DNA from: Actinomycetes bacterium | GTDB lineage: Bacteria > Actinomycetota > Acidimicrobiia > Acidimicrobiales > Bog-793 | Direction of reading: 5' to 3' | Assembly (NCBI GenBank): GCA_021797795.1 | Contig: JAJZZB010000003.1 | Coordinates: forward strand, 13,659-77,658 | Length of the DNA stretch: 64,000 bases | In this document: piece by piece, positions 27,416 to 36,403 of the stretch | Position numbering within the stretch: position 1 is the stretch's first letter | How the letters are laid out: every line of letters starts with the position of its first letter | Made by a program: the position numbers and the translations under genes | The notes under the pieces: generated by a model | The model's input: only the letters and a program-made list of their open reading frames with translations | The model's database searches: none | Told to the model about the DNA's origin: nothing

Positions 27416-28639
27416 TCACGAGGGCGACGGCGAAGCCGCGCCGGCCTGCTCCTCAGGCCCGGCGCCCTCCCGGCGCGCCGGGCGGGTGAGTGCGGGCAGG
27501 AGATAGCTGAAGCCCGCCCAGACCGCGCCGACGAGCATCGTCGCCACGCCGAGGAACCGGACTGCCGGGGACCCCGCCGTCAGCAGGCCACCGACGCCCG
27601 CCAGCAGGATGCCGATCATCCCCATCCAGGCGATGGCCTTCGAAGACCGGCCCGAGCGCCGGGTGAGGACGACAAGGCCTCCTGCCGCCAGGGTGAGGAA
27701 GAAGCCGAGCACGCTGTGGGTGAGGTACACGACGACGCCGCGGTGGGGGACGAAGCCGCTCGGCCGGTCGAAGGGCACCGTCAGCACGGCCATGATGCCG
27801 ATCACGACCTCCGCCCCGACCCCGATCGAGAGGCGCACGGCGAGCCGCCTCGTGGCCGCGTCGACACCCCTTCGCACCTGCGACCCCCCTTCATCGGCCT
27901 CGAGACGGGACTCGTCCATCGAGGGGCGCCGCCCCTTGCGGGCGCGCCAGGCGGCCTCCTCCTCGTGGACGAGCTGCCACCACGCACCGATGGCGAGCAG
28001 GGCGAAGATCGGCCACTCGACGGAATAGACCCAGCTCAGCCGGTTTCCCGCGAGCGCCCTGGTCGCCTGCCACCAGCCTGCGACGAAGCAGCCCGAGGCG
28101 ACGACGACCATCTCGAGGTGGAGCAGCAACGCCCGCCTCGACAACCAGCGGTGCCGCGCCGCCGAGGCGTAGCTCCCGAGCGACCGCCGCCTCCCTCCCG
28201 GATCCTCCCCGCCCTCGAGCGGTGCGAGGGCCCCGGTGGCCGCCACCCGCCGGCGCAGCTTCGCCTCGGCGACGAAGGCGCAGAACGGCACCGTCCCGGC
28301 CAGGAGGACGAGGATCATCTGCCACTTCGGGATGCGCAGCCGCAAGGTGAGCCGGAAGGCGACATAGAGGTAGACGACGTAGAGGACGCCGTGGAGAGTC
28401 CCGACGACATTGGCCAGCTCGGGCTTGCCGGCGGCGACCTGGAGCGGGACGCCGGCGAAGACGAGGACGATGAGCAGGGTCGCCGTCGTGAAGGCCATCA
28501 CCTGGTAGCGGCGAAAGAGCGAGGCCGTCTCGGCCCGGGCCCGCCGGGGAGAACGGCCCGGTGCCTCTCCGGAGCCCTCGAGCACGACAGGATGCGCCCC
28601 GGCGGTGCGCGGGTCGGAACCGACAGCGTCCGAGCTCAC
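27416..28639 (-). CDS. Multi-domain membrane protein: DUF3817 + WWQ..RA..GN/EWP module + 4-TM C-terminal domain
   Basis: FRRYQVMAF..GTLHGVLYVVY..AGTVPF; GWWQATRALAGNRLSWVYSVEWPIF; leaderless-type TAGGCT 6 nt before GTG. Confidence 0.7.
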   Translation of the reverse strand: MSSDAVGSDPRTAGAHPVVLEGSGEAPGRSPRRARAETASLFRRYQVMAFTTATLLIVLVFAGVPLQVAAGKPELANVVGTLHGVLYVVYLYVAFRLTLRLRIPKWQMILVLLAGTVPFCAFVAEAKLRRRVAATGALAPLEGGEDPGGRRRSLGSYASAARHRWLSRRALLLHLEMVVVASGCFVAGWWQATRALAGNRLSWVYSVEWPIFALLAIGAWWQLVHEEEAAWRARKGRRPSMDESRLEADEGGSQVRRGVDAATRRLAVRLSIGVGAEVVIGIMAVLTVPFDRPSGFVPHRGVVVYLTHSVLGFFLTLAAGGLVVLTRRSGRSSKAIAWMGMIGILLAGVGGLLTAGSPAVRFLGVATMLVGAVWAGFSYLLPALTRPARREGAGPEEQAGAASPSPS

Positions 28640-28788
28640 GGGGCCAGCCTACGACCGCCGGCGAGGAGGAGGAGAGCGACGATCGGCCGCCAGGCCGCCC
28701 GGTGCCGCCGGGGCGGTGGCCGGCCCGGGGGCCCGAGGGCCGCCCGAGCCCCTTATGGTGGAGCTACGCCGGCTGAGGCGCCCCGCCC

Positions 28789-29418
28789 ATGAACATCACC
28801 AACCTCGTCTCCAATTACGGCTATGGCGCCGTCTTCGTGCTCGTCGCCATCGAGAGCCTCGGCATCCCGCTCCCCGGGGAAACGGCGCTCATCGCGGCCG
28901 GCATCGTCGCCGGCCACAGCCACCGGCTGTCGCCATGGCTGATCTGGGGGATCGCGGCTGCTGCCGCCATCATCGGGGACAACATCGGGTACCTCATCGG
29001 TGACAAGGGCGGATACCGGCTGGTGCGCCGCTACGGCTCGAAGATCCGGATCGACCAGGCCAAGCTGAAGGTCGGGCGCTACGCCTTCGCCCGCCACGGC
29101 GGGAAGGTGGTCTTCTTCGGCCGCTTCGTCTCGGTGCTTCGCACCTACGCCGCCTTCCTCGCCGGGACCAACAAGATGCGGTGGCGGCGCTTCCTTCCTG
29201 CGAACGCCGCCGGCGGCATCCTCTGGTCCGGCATCTACACCTGGGCGTCCTACGAGGCGGGCAACACTCTGCGCAGGGTGTCGGGCAAGATCGATCTCGT
29301 CCTCGCCGGCGTGGCCGTGGTGGTGATCGTCGTCATCGTCATCGCCGTCCGCCGCAAGACCAAGCAGCTCGAGGCCGTGGCCGAGGAGGCCTACCCGGGC
29401 GACCTCGAACCGGTGTAG
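28789..29418 (+). CDS. DedA/SNARE-associated membrane protein
   Basis: ESLGIPLPGETALIAAG, AIIGDNIGYLIG, FFGRFVSVLR. Confidence 0.93.
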   Translation: MNITNLVSNYGYGAVFVLVAIESLGIPLPGETALIAAGIVAGHSHRLSPWLIWGIAAAAAIIGDNIGYLIGDKGGYRLVRRYGSKIRIDQAKLKVGRYAFARHGGKVVFFGRFVSVLRTYAAFLAGTNKMRWRRFLPANAAGGILWSGIYTWASYEAGNTLRRVSGKIDLVLAGVAVVVIVVIVIAVRRKTKQLEAVAEEAYPGDLEPV

Positions 29419-29548
29419 GACGAGGGGCGGATAGACGGCGGCTCCCCGGCATCCGAGTTGCGCCGGTGCCGCGGGAGGCGAGGATCGAGCGCCGCTCACG
29501 AGGGCGGGGCGGCCCCGGAGGCGAGATGCCCGGCACAGCGACGAGAAG

Positions 29549-30370
29549 ATGGCGATGACGCTGGGTCGGGTGCTCGGACGGACGGGCCTCGATGTCTCTG
29601 CCGTCGGGATGGGGACGTGGCGGACCTTCGACGTCTCGGGCCCGGATGCGACGGCGCACGCCGCCGACCTCGTCGCCGAGGCGGTGGCGGCGGGGACGAA
29701 CTTCTTCGACTCCTCGCCCATGTACGGCCGGGCCGAGAAGGTGCTGGCGGGCGCTCTCGCGCCCCGGCGCGAGGAGGTCGTCGTCGCCACCAAGGTCTGG
29801 GCGAAGACCGCCGAGGAGGGCCGCGCCCAGGTCGAGCGGGCCCTCGCCTGGTACGGCGGCCGCGTCGAGCTCTACCAGATCCACAACCTCCTCGCCTGGC
29901 CCGACCACCTCTCCCTGCTCGAGAGGCACCTCGAGGCCGGCACCGTCACGGCGATCGGCGCAACCCACTGGAACCCGGCGGCGTTCGGAGAGCTCGAGCG
30001 CGTGATGCGCACGGGCAGGATCACCGCCGTCCAGGTCCCCTACAACCCGCTCGAGCGCCAGGTGGAGGAGCGGATCCTGCCCCTCGCAGACGAGCTCGGG
30101 CTCGCCGTCGTCGTCATGCGGCCCTTCGGCGAGGGTGGCCTCACGGCACGCACCCCGGCGGGCTTCGACCCGTCCCGCTACCGCGACTTCGAGATCACCA
30201 CCTGGGCCCAGGCGCTGCTCAAGTGGGTGCTGAGCGACCCCCGCTGCCACTGCGTCATCCCGGCAACGTCCCGCAGCGGGCGTCCGAGCGAGAACGCGGC
30301 GGCGGGCGGCCCACCGTGGTTCGGACCGCACGAGCGCGAGGAGATCGCCGCCCTGGCCAGTGCCCCGTAG
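29549..30370 (+). CDS. Aldo/keto reductase
   Basis: SAVGMGTW, FDSSPMYGRAE, ATKV, LYQIHNL, QVPYN, IPATS. Confidence 0.92.
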   Translation: MAMTLGRVLGRTGLDVSAVGMGTWRTFDVSGPDATAHAADLVAEAVAAGTNFFDSSPMYGRAEKVLAGALAPRREEVVVATKVWAKTAEEGRAQVERALAWYGGRVELYQIHNLLAWPDHLSLLERHLEAGTVTAIGATHWNPAAFGELERVMRTGRITAVQVPYNPLERQVEERILPLADELGLAVVVMRPFGEGGLTARTPAGFDPSRYRDFEITTWAQALLKWVLSDPRCHCVIPATSRSGRPSENAAAGGPPWFGPHEREEIAALASAP

Positions 30371-30671
30371 CTCGGCGACGACCGCCGGCAGGGCCCACGG
30401 CACGGTTCAGCTTCCGGCGGTCGCCCGGGGATCTCCTCCGGACCGGTGCCACCACCTCAGCCATCCGAGCGCGCCCGAGCCGGCTCCCACCGCCTCGACA
30501 GGGAGTCCTCCGGCAGGCTGAGGTGCTGGGCGCCCTCCCGGTCGCGCTCGGCGAGACCGCCGCCCGGCCAGAGCGTGATGCATCGCGAGCCGTTGCGGGT
30601 CACCTCGGCGCCCGAGACCATCCTGCAAGCGGGAGGACGGCCGGCGGGGCGAGACCCCTCCGCCTACCTCC

Positions 30672-32963
30672 TCAGGAGCCGGCGAGAGCCGCGTCGAGGC
30701 TCTCGGCGAGCTCGTCGCCGTCGCCCTCGGAGAACACGAGCGGTGGCCTGATCTTGACGACGTTGCCGGCCGGGCCAGTCGTACCGACGAGCACGCCGAG
30801 GCGGCGGAGCCGGTTGGCGACGCCCTTGGCCGAGGCGGCGTCGGCCCGGCCGTCCGTGCCGAGGATGTCGAGACCGAACAGCAGCCCCCAGCTGCGGAGC
30901 CCGCCGGCGGCGTCGTGGCGGGAGACGACTTCGTCGAGCAGCGCCCGCAGGTGCGCCCCCGACGAGGCGGCGTTCTCGACGAGACCCTCCCGCTCGACCA
31001 CGCCCAGCACGGCGAGGGCGGCCGCACAGGCGAGCGTGTTGCCGCCGAAGGTGCTGAAGTAGCCCGTGGCGTCGATGAAGGGGTCGACGAGCTCGGCGCG
31101 CCCGAGGAGGGCGGCCACCGGGAAGCCGTTGCCCATGGGCTTGCCGAGGGTCATGAAGTCCGGCTCGATCCCGGACGGCCCGATGCTCCACAGCCCTTCG
31201 CCGGTCCGCCCGTAGCCGGCCTGCACCTCGTCGGCGACGAAGAGCCCGCCGGCCGCCCTGACCGCCTCGGCCGCCTCGAGCAGCCAGTCGGTCGCCGGGC
31301 CCCGGACCCCGTCGCTCGTGAAGGCCGAGTCGACGAAGAGGGCCGCCGGGGCATGCCCGGCCTCCGACAGCGCCGAGACGACACGACGGTGCCGACCGTC
31401 GTCCGTCTTGCCCGAGGGCGGGGAGAGCAGGCCGATGTGGTCGGGGGCGAAGCCCGCCGGCCACTCCTCGGGCGAGAGAGCCGTCGTCGCCTCGGTCACG
31501 CCGTGGTAGGCGTGCGAGGTGACGAGGGCGCCGCTGTGACCGGTGGCGAAACGGGCGATCCGCCAGACGATGTCGTTCGCCTCGCTCCCTGAGTTCACGA
31601 ACAGGACGCGGTCGAGCCCCGCCGGAGCCCGCTCGACGAGCCGCTCGGCGAGTTCGACGCTCGCCTCGGTCAGATACCGGGTGTTCGTGACGAGCCGGCG
31701 CGCCTGGGTGGCGATGGCGGCCGCCACCGCCGGGTGGCAGTGGCCGACGACCGGGACGTTGTTGTAGGCGTCGAGGTAGCGCCGCCCCTCGGCGTCGAAG
31801 AGGTGGACGCCTTCTCCCCGGACGAGGTGGACCGGCTCGTCGTAGGTGAGCCCGAGCGACCCGAGGACGCGGCGGCGGGCGGCGAGCAGTCCCGCCGTCT
31901 CCCGGACCTCGTAGCCCTGCCGGGGTGCCGGGCCGGCCGCGGGGCGGGCGGCGGTGGCGAGGCGGGCACCGACCCGGTCGAGGCCCTCGCCCGCCAGGAG
32001 CCGGAGGAAGTCGACCGCCCCGCCTGGGAAGGCGGGGGCGTCGGCGTGCCGGCTGCGGCGCCAGGTGCTCACGACGACGGCCGTGGCACACCGGGCGGCG
32101 ACGAGGTCACCGAGGAGGACGGCCTCGTCCTCCTCGAGGGGCGTCACCTCGCAGTAGCCGGCGATCATCGGCTCGGCCAGCTCGAGCGAGCCGGGCCGGC
32201 CGTCGAGGACGTCGGCGAGAGCCACGGCGAGGTCGCAGACGAGGGCCGTGTGGGTCATGTCGCCGAAGTCGGTGATGCCGACGACCCGCCCGGCGTCGTC
32301 GACGAGGACGTTCTCCCGGCTGAGGTCGTTGTGCACCACCTGGGCGCGGAGCCGCTCGAGCACCGGCTGGACGCGCTCGTCGAACCGGTCGATCACCTCG
32401 GTGACGAGCGCCCGGCGCTCCTCGTCGAGAAGGGGTAGGCGGTCCCGCAGGGCCGGCGTGTGCCGGACGTCCCACTGGATCGGGTAGCCGGCCGCCGGGT
32501 GGAAGTAGCCGCGCAGCGCCCGCCCGAGCCGCGCCGCGTCGCGGCCCAAGCCGGCGAGGGCGGCGGTGCCGAGCTCGTCGCGCTCCGCGTGCCGGCCGTC
32601 GAGGAAGGTGAACAGCTGGACGAGCGACTCCCTGCCGTCCGGTCCGGTGACGGCCGCGATCGTCTCGCCGCCCCGGGTGGGGAGCACCTCGGGGATCGGG
32701 AGGCTCGGGTCGACCCGGCGGATGTGGGCGAGGGCGCCCGTGCGCATCTCGACGACGTCGCGCAGGTCGGCCGGGTTGTGGATCTTGATGAGGACGCGGC
32801 GGGCGGCGCCGTCGACGCGGAAGTTGACGTCGCGCTCGCCGTGCAGCTCGTGGAGCTCCCCGACGAGGCCGTACCGCTCCTCGAGGACCCGGGCGGCGAG
32901 CTCGCGGTCGAAGGCCGGACGTGGTTCCTCGAGAGGATCGGTCATGGGCACATCCTCGCTCAT
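30672..32963 (-). CDS. Fusion: aminoglycoside/choline-kinase-like phosphotransferase + class III PLP enzyme (hydroxylysine kinase / phospho-lyase, AGXT2L-type)
   Basis: LHGERDVNFR, QVVHNDLSRENVL, ITDFGD; then YLDAYNNVPVVGHCHP, FVNSGSEAND, ADEVQAGYGR, TLGKPMGNG (PLP Lys), KIRPPL. Confidence 0.88.
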   Translation of the reverse strand: MSEDVPMTDPLEEPRPAFDRELAARVLEERYGLVGELHELHGERDVNFRVDGAARRVLIKIHNPADLRDVVEMRTGALAHIRRVDPSLPIPEVLPTRGGETIAAVTGPDGRESLVQLFTFLDGRHAERDELGTAALAGLGRDAARLGRALRGYFHPAAGYPIQWDVRHTPALRDRLPLLDEERRALVTEVIDRFDERVQPVLERLRAQVVHNDLSRENVLVDDAGRVVGITDFGDMTHTALVCDLAVALADVLDGRPGSLELAEPMIAGYCEVTPLEEDEAVLLGDLVAARCATAVVVSTWRRSRHADAPAFPGGAVDFLRLLAGEGLDRVGARLATAARPAAGPAPRQGYEVRETAGLLAARRRVLGSLGLTYDEPVHLVRGEGVHLFDAEGRRYLDAYNNVPVVGHCHPAVAAAIATQARRLVTNTRYLTEASVELAERLVERAPAGLDRVLFVNSGSEANDIVWRIARFATGHSGALVTSHAYHGVTEATTALSPEEWPAGFAPDHIGLLSPPSGKTDDGRHRRVVSALSEAGHAPAALFVDSAFTSDGVRGPATDWLLEAAEAVRAAGGLFVADEVQAGYGRTGEGLWSIGPSGIEPDFMTLGKPMGNGFPVAALLGRAELVDPFIDATGYFSTFGGNTLACAAALAVLGVVEREGLVENAASSGAHLRALLDEVVSRHDAAGGLRSWGLLFGLDILGTDGRADAASAKGVANRLRRLGVLVGTTGPAGNVVKIRPPLVFSEGDGDELAESLDAALAGS

Positions 32964-32993
32964 GGCGACTCGGCCTCCGAGCGCCGAGGCGCC

Positions 32994-34676
32994 TCAGCCG
33001 GCCTGGCGGTCGTAGACGACCGAGCCGTCGACGAGGGTGAGGTCGACGCCGACGAGTCCGATCTCGGAGGAGGGGACCGAGAAGACGTCCCGGTCGAGGA
33101 CGACGAGGTCGGCCCGCTTGCCGACGGTGATCGAGCCGGTCGTCTCCTCGAGATGGTTGAAGTAGGCCGAGCCGAGCGTGAAGGCCTCGATCGCCGTGGC
33201 GAGGTCCATCCGCTCGTCGGGCAGGAAGGGCGTCTCGGCCGCGTCGCCGCCACCGTAGGCATAGTCGGGCGGGACGGTCCGGTTGACCGCGACGTGAATC
33301 TCCGAGAGGGCGTTCGGCGTCGAGACCGGCCAGTCACTGCCGAAGCAGAGCCGGGCGCCGGCCCGCTTCAGGCTGGCGAAGGGGTACTGGGTGCTCGCCC
33401 GCTCGGGGCCGAGGAAGGGGAGGGTCAGCTCGGTCATCTGCGGCTCGTAACAGGCCCACAGCGGCTGGCCGTTGGCCAGCAGGCCGAGGGCGGCGAAGCG
33501 GGGGAGGTCCTCTGGGTGGACGACCTGGATGTGGGCGGCGCAGTGTCGGTGGTCGGAGGTTCCGTTCGCCCTCCTCGCCGTCTCGACGGCGTCGAGGACC
33601 TCCCGCACGGCGCGGTCGCCGATGGCGTGGAAGTGGGCCTGGAAGCCCTCTCTGTCCACCCTCGTGACGTACTGCTTGAGCTCCTCCGGGTTGAAGAAGC
33701 TCGTGCCGTGGTTGTGGGTGGCGTGCCCCTCCCGGTCGAGATAGGGCGTCAGCATGGCGGCCGTGAAGTTCTCGCAGACGCCGTCCTGCATGAACTTGAC
33801 CGAGCTCGCGCGAAAGCGCCCACCCGGGGCGGCCGCCTTCTCCCGGCGGGCGAGCAGGTGGTCGATCTGGCCCTCGCCGCCGTCGCGGGACCACCAGAGC
33901 GCCCCGACGACGCGTGCGGTGAGGCGGCCGTCGGCATCGAGGGCGAGGAAGGCGTCGAAGCAGTCCGGGACGACCGGGTAGTCGCCGACGATGGCCTCCT
34001 GCCAGGCGGTGATGCCGAGGCTGTGGAGGTAGCGCTGGCCCTCGAGGATGCCGTTCGCCAGCGCCTCGACGGTCGGCGCCGGGACGACTCGCTGGACGAG
34101 CGCCATGGCGCCCTCCTGCAGGGTCCCGACCGGCTCGCCGCCGGCGTCCCGCTCGATCCTGCCGTCGGCGGGGTCGGGTGTGCCGGCACGGATCCCGGCG
34201 CGCTCGAGGGCGACCGAGTTCGCCCAGGCGGCGTGGTGGTCGCGATTGGAGAGGAAGACCGGGCGGTCGGGGACGACCGAGTCGAGCTCCTCCTTGAGCG
34301 GCACTCCCCCCGGGAAGACGTCCATCGCCCAGCCGCCACCGGTGATCCACTCGACCTCAGGGTGGGCGGCGGCGGAGGCGGCGAGGATGGCGAGATACTC
34401 CTCCCTGCTGTGGGCCTCGGAGAGGTCGCACCGGCTGCGCTCGAGGCCGCCGCCCGAAGCGTGCACGTGCGCGTCCTGGAAGCCGGGCAGGAGGCTGCGA
34501 CCGGCGAGGTCGACGACCTCGGTGCGGGCGCCGGCGAGCTCTCGAACCTCATCATCGCTGCCGACAGCGACGATGACGCCGTCGCGCACCGCCACGGCCC
34601 CTGCGGTCGGCAGGTCGGCGTCCACGGTGTGAACGGCCCCGTTCTTGAAGATGAGGTCCGCCTCGGAGGTGGTCAT
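32994..34676 (-). CDS. Amidohydrolase family 3 (YtcJ/NfdA-like)
   Basis: PGFQDAHVH, FHAIGDRA, AHIQ, FGSDWPV, GSITVGKRADLVVLD. Confidence 0.9.
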   Translation of the reverse strand: MTTSEADLIFKNGAVHTVDADLPTAGAVAVRDGVIVAVGSDDEVRELAGARTEVVDLAGRSLLPGFQDAHVHASGGGLERSRCDLSEAHSREEYLAILAASAAAHPEVEWITGGGWAMDVFPGGVPLKEELDSVVPDRPVFLSNRDHHAAWANSVALERAGIRAGTPDPADGRIERDAGGEPVGTLQEGAMALVQRVVPAPTVEALANGILEGQRYLHSLGITAWQEAIVGDYPVVPDCFDAFLALDADGRLTARVVGALWWSRDGGEGQIDHLLARREKAAAPGGRFRASSVKFMQDGVCENFTAAMLTPYLDREGHATHNHGTSFFNPEELKQYVTRVDREGFQAHFHAIGDRAVREVLDAVETARRANGTSDHRHCAAHIQVVHPEDLPRFAALGLLANGQPLWACYEPQMTELTLPFLGPERASTQYPFASLKRAGARLCFGSDWPVSTPNALSEIHVAVNRTVPPDYAYGGGDAAETPFLPDERMDLATAIEAFTLGSAYFNHLEETTGSITVGKRADLVVLDRDVFSVPSSEIGLVGVDLTLVDGSVVYDRQAG

Positions 34677-36403
34677 CTCGCTGCTCGCTCCCCTCTCGGT
34701 CGCTGCCGGCGCCTGTGCGCCGGTCCGTCGTCGTTGCTCCTCGGTGGCGCCTCGAGGCGCCCGTCCGCCCGGTCGGCCTCCTCGGCGACGACCGGTCGGC
34801 GCGTCGGCGCACCGTAGCCGCCTCCCCCGCTGGTCTCGATGCGGACGACCGACCCCGGCTCGAGGGTCATGGTGACCTTGGAGGGGACGGGGACCTCGAC
34901 GCCGTCGGGCCCGAAGAGCCGGAGACGGGAGGGCGCGCCGTCACCGCCACCGGCCGCTCCGCGCGGGGGGAAGCGGGGGTCAGTCTGCTCGGAGTACATC
35001 GTCACCGTCGCCGGACGCTCGAGCACCTGGTAGTCCCGGCGCAGACCGAGGCCGCCGTGGTGCTCGCCGGTGCCCGCCGAGCCGGGGATCAGCTCGGTGC
35101 GCAGGATGCGCACCGAGTAGTCGCTCTCGGCCACCTCGACCGGCATGAGGCCGACGTTTGCCATGTAGGTGTCGACGCCGTCCAGCCCGTCGCCGCCGGC
35201 ATGGGCGCCCGTCCCGCCGCCAACGACCTCCGCCATGACGCTCGAGAGGCCGCTGCGGGGCGAGACGCTCTCGAGGTTCATGCCGAAGAAGGCGACCGTG
35301 CTGCTCGCCACGGCCTTGTGCGGCCACAGCTCGGAGGCCGCCCGCACGAGGGTGTCGGCGAGCCGCTGGCAGGTGTTGTGGCGGACCGAGACGGCCGCCG
35401 GCGGCTCGGGGTTCAACAGGACCCCGCGGGGGCAGACGATCTCGAGCGGGCGGAGGATCCCGTCGTTGGTCGCCATCGAGGGGTCGGTCATCGCCCGCAG
35501 GGCGTAGACGACGGCCGCCCGGGTGCTCGCCCAGGGGACGTTGAGCGCCCCGCTCAGCTGCGGGGCGGTGCCCGACAGGTCCACCAGCAGCTCGTCGCCC
35601 GTCTTCACGAGGCGGGCGTGGATCCGCTGGGGCGGGCCGCCGGTGCCGTCGTCGTCGAGGAAGCCCTCCGCCTCGGACTCGCCGTCGGGGAGGGCGGCGA
35701 GCGCCGCGCGGACGGCCCGCTCGACCGAGTCGAGCATCTCGTCGAAGGCGGCCAGCAGCCTGGGCGTCCCGTAGCGGGCGGCCAGCTCCTCGATGCGCGA
35801 CACGCCGATCAGGCAGGCCGCCCGCTGGGCGCGCAGGTCCGACAGCGTGGAGCGCGGGTCGCGCACGGCCGCCGCCACGATGGAGACGACGTCGGGGTTC
35901 TCCCGGCCGGCGCGGTAGAGGCGCACCGGCGGGAGCACGAGGCCCTCGGCGTAGACCTCCCTCAGGTCCGGTCCCTCGGTGCCCGGCCGCACCCCTCCGA
36001 CGTCGATGTGGTGCGCCGTCGTGCCGGTCCAGGCGACCAGGTGGCCGCCCAAGAAGACGGGCATGATCACGTTCAGGTCGGGGGTGTGCATGGCCCCCAT
36101 GTAGGGATGGTTGGCGAGATAGGCGTCCCCCGGCTCGACGGCGTCACCCCAGCGTTCGATCAGGTTCTTCACGACGAGCGACATCGCCCCGAGCTGGGCG
36201 GGGATGAAGTCGGCCTGGGCGACGAGGTCGCCGTCGGAGCGGAACACGGCGCAGCTGAAGTCGTCCATCTCGCGGATGATCGGGCTGTAGCTCGAGTGCT
36301 TCAGCACGCCGCCCATCTCGACGGCAGCCGAGTGCAGGGCGGCCGAGATCAGCTCGAAGGTGACCGCCGGCAGCCGAGTGCCGGCGCCGGTCCGCCGGCT
36401 CAC
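34673..36403 (-). CDS. Hydantoinase B / oxoprolinase subunit
   Basis: SSYSPIIREMDDFSCA, NHPYMGAMHTPD, HHIDVGG, GGGGYG; GTGA overlaps. Confidence 0.92.
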   Translation of the reverse strand: MSRRTGAGTRLPAVTFELISAALHSAAVEMGGVLKHSSYSPIIREMDDFSCAVFRSDGDLVAQADFIPAQLGAMSLVVKNLIERWGDAVEPGDAYLANHPYMGAMHTPDLNVIMPVFLGGHLVAWTGTTAHHIDVGGVRPGTEGPDLREVYAEGLVLPPVRLYRAGRENPDVVSIVAAAVRDPRSTLSDLRAQRAACLIGVSRIEELAARYGTPRLLAAFDEMLDSVERAVRAALAALPDGESEAEGFLDDDGTGGPPQRIHARLVKTGDELLVDLSGTAPQLSGALNVPWASTRAAVVYALRAMTDPSMATNDGILRPLEIVCPRGVLLNPEPPAAVSVRHNTCQRLADTLVRAASELWPHKAVASSTVAFFGMNLESVSPRSGLSSVMAEVVGGGTGAHAGGDGLDGVDTYMANVGLMPVEVAESDYSVRILRTELIPGSAGTGEHHGGLGLRRDYQVLERPATVTMYSEQTDPRFPPRGAAGGGDGAPSRLRLFGPDGVEVPVPSKVTMTLEPGSVVRIETSGGGGYGAPTRRPVVAEEADRADGRLEAPPRSNDDGPAHRRRQRPRGERAAR

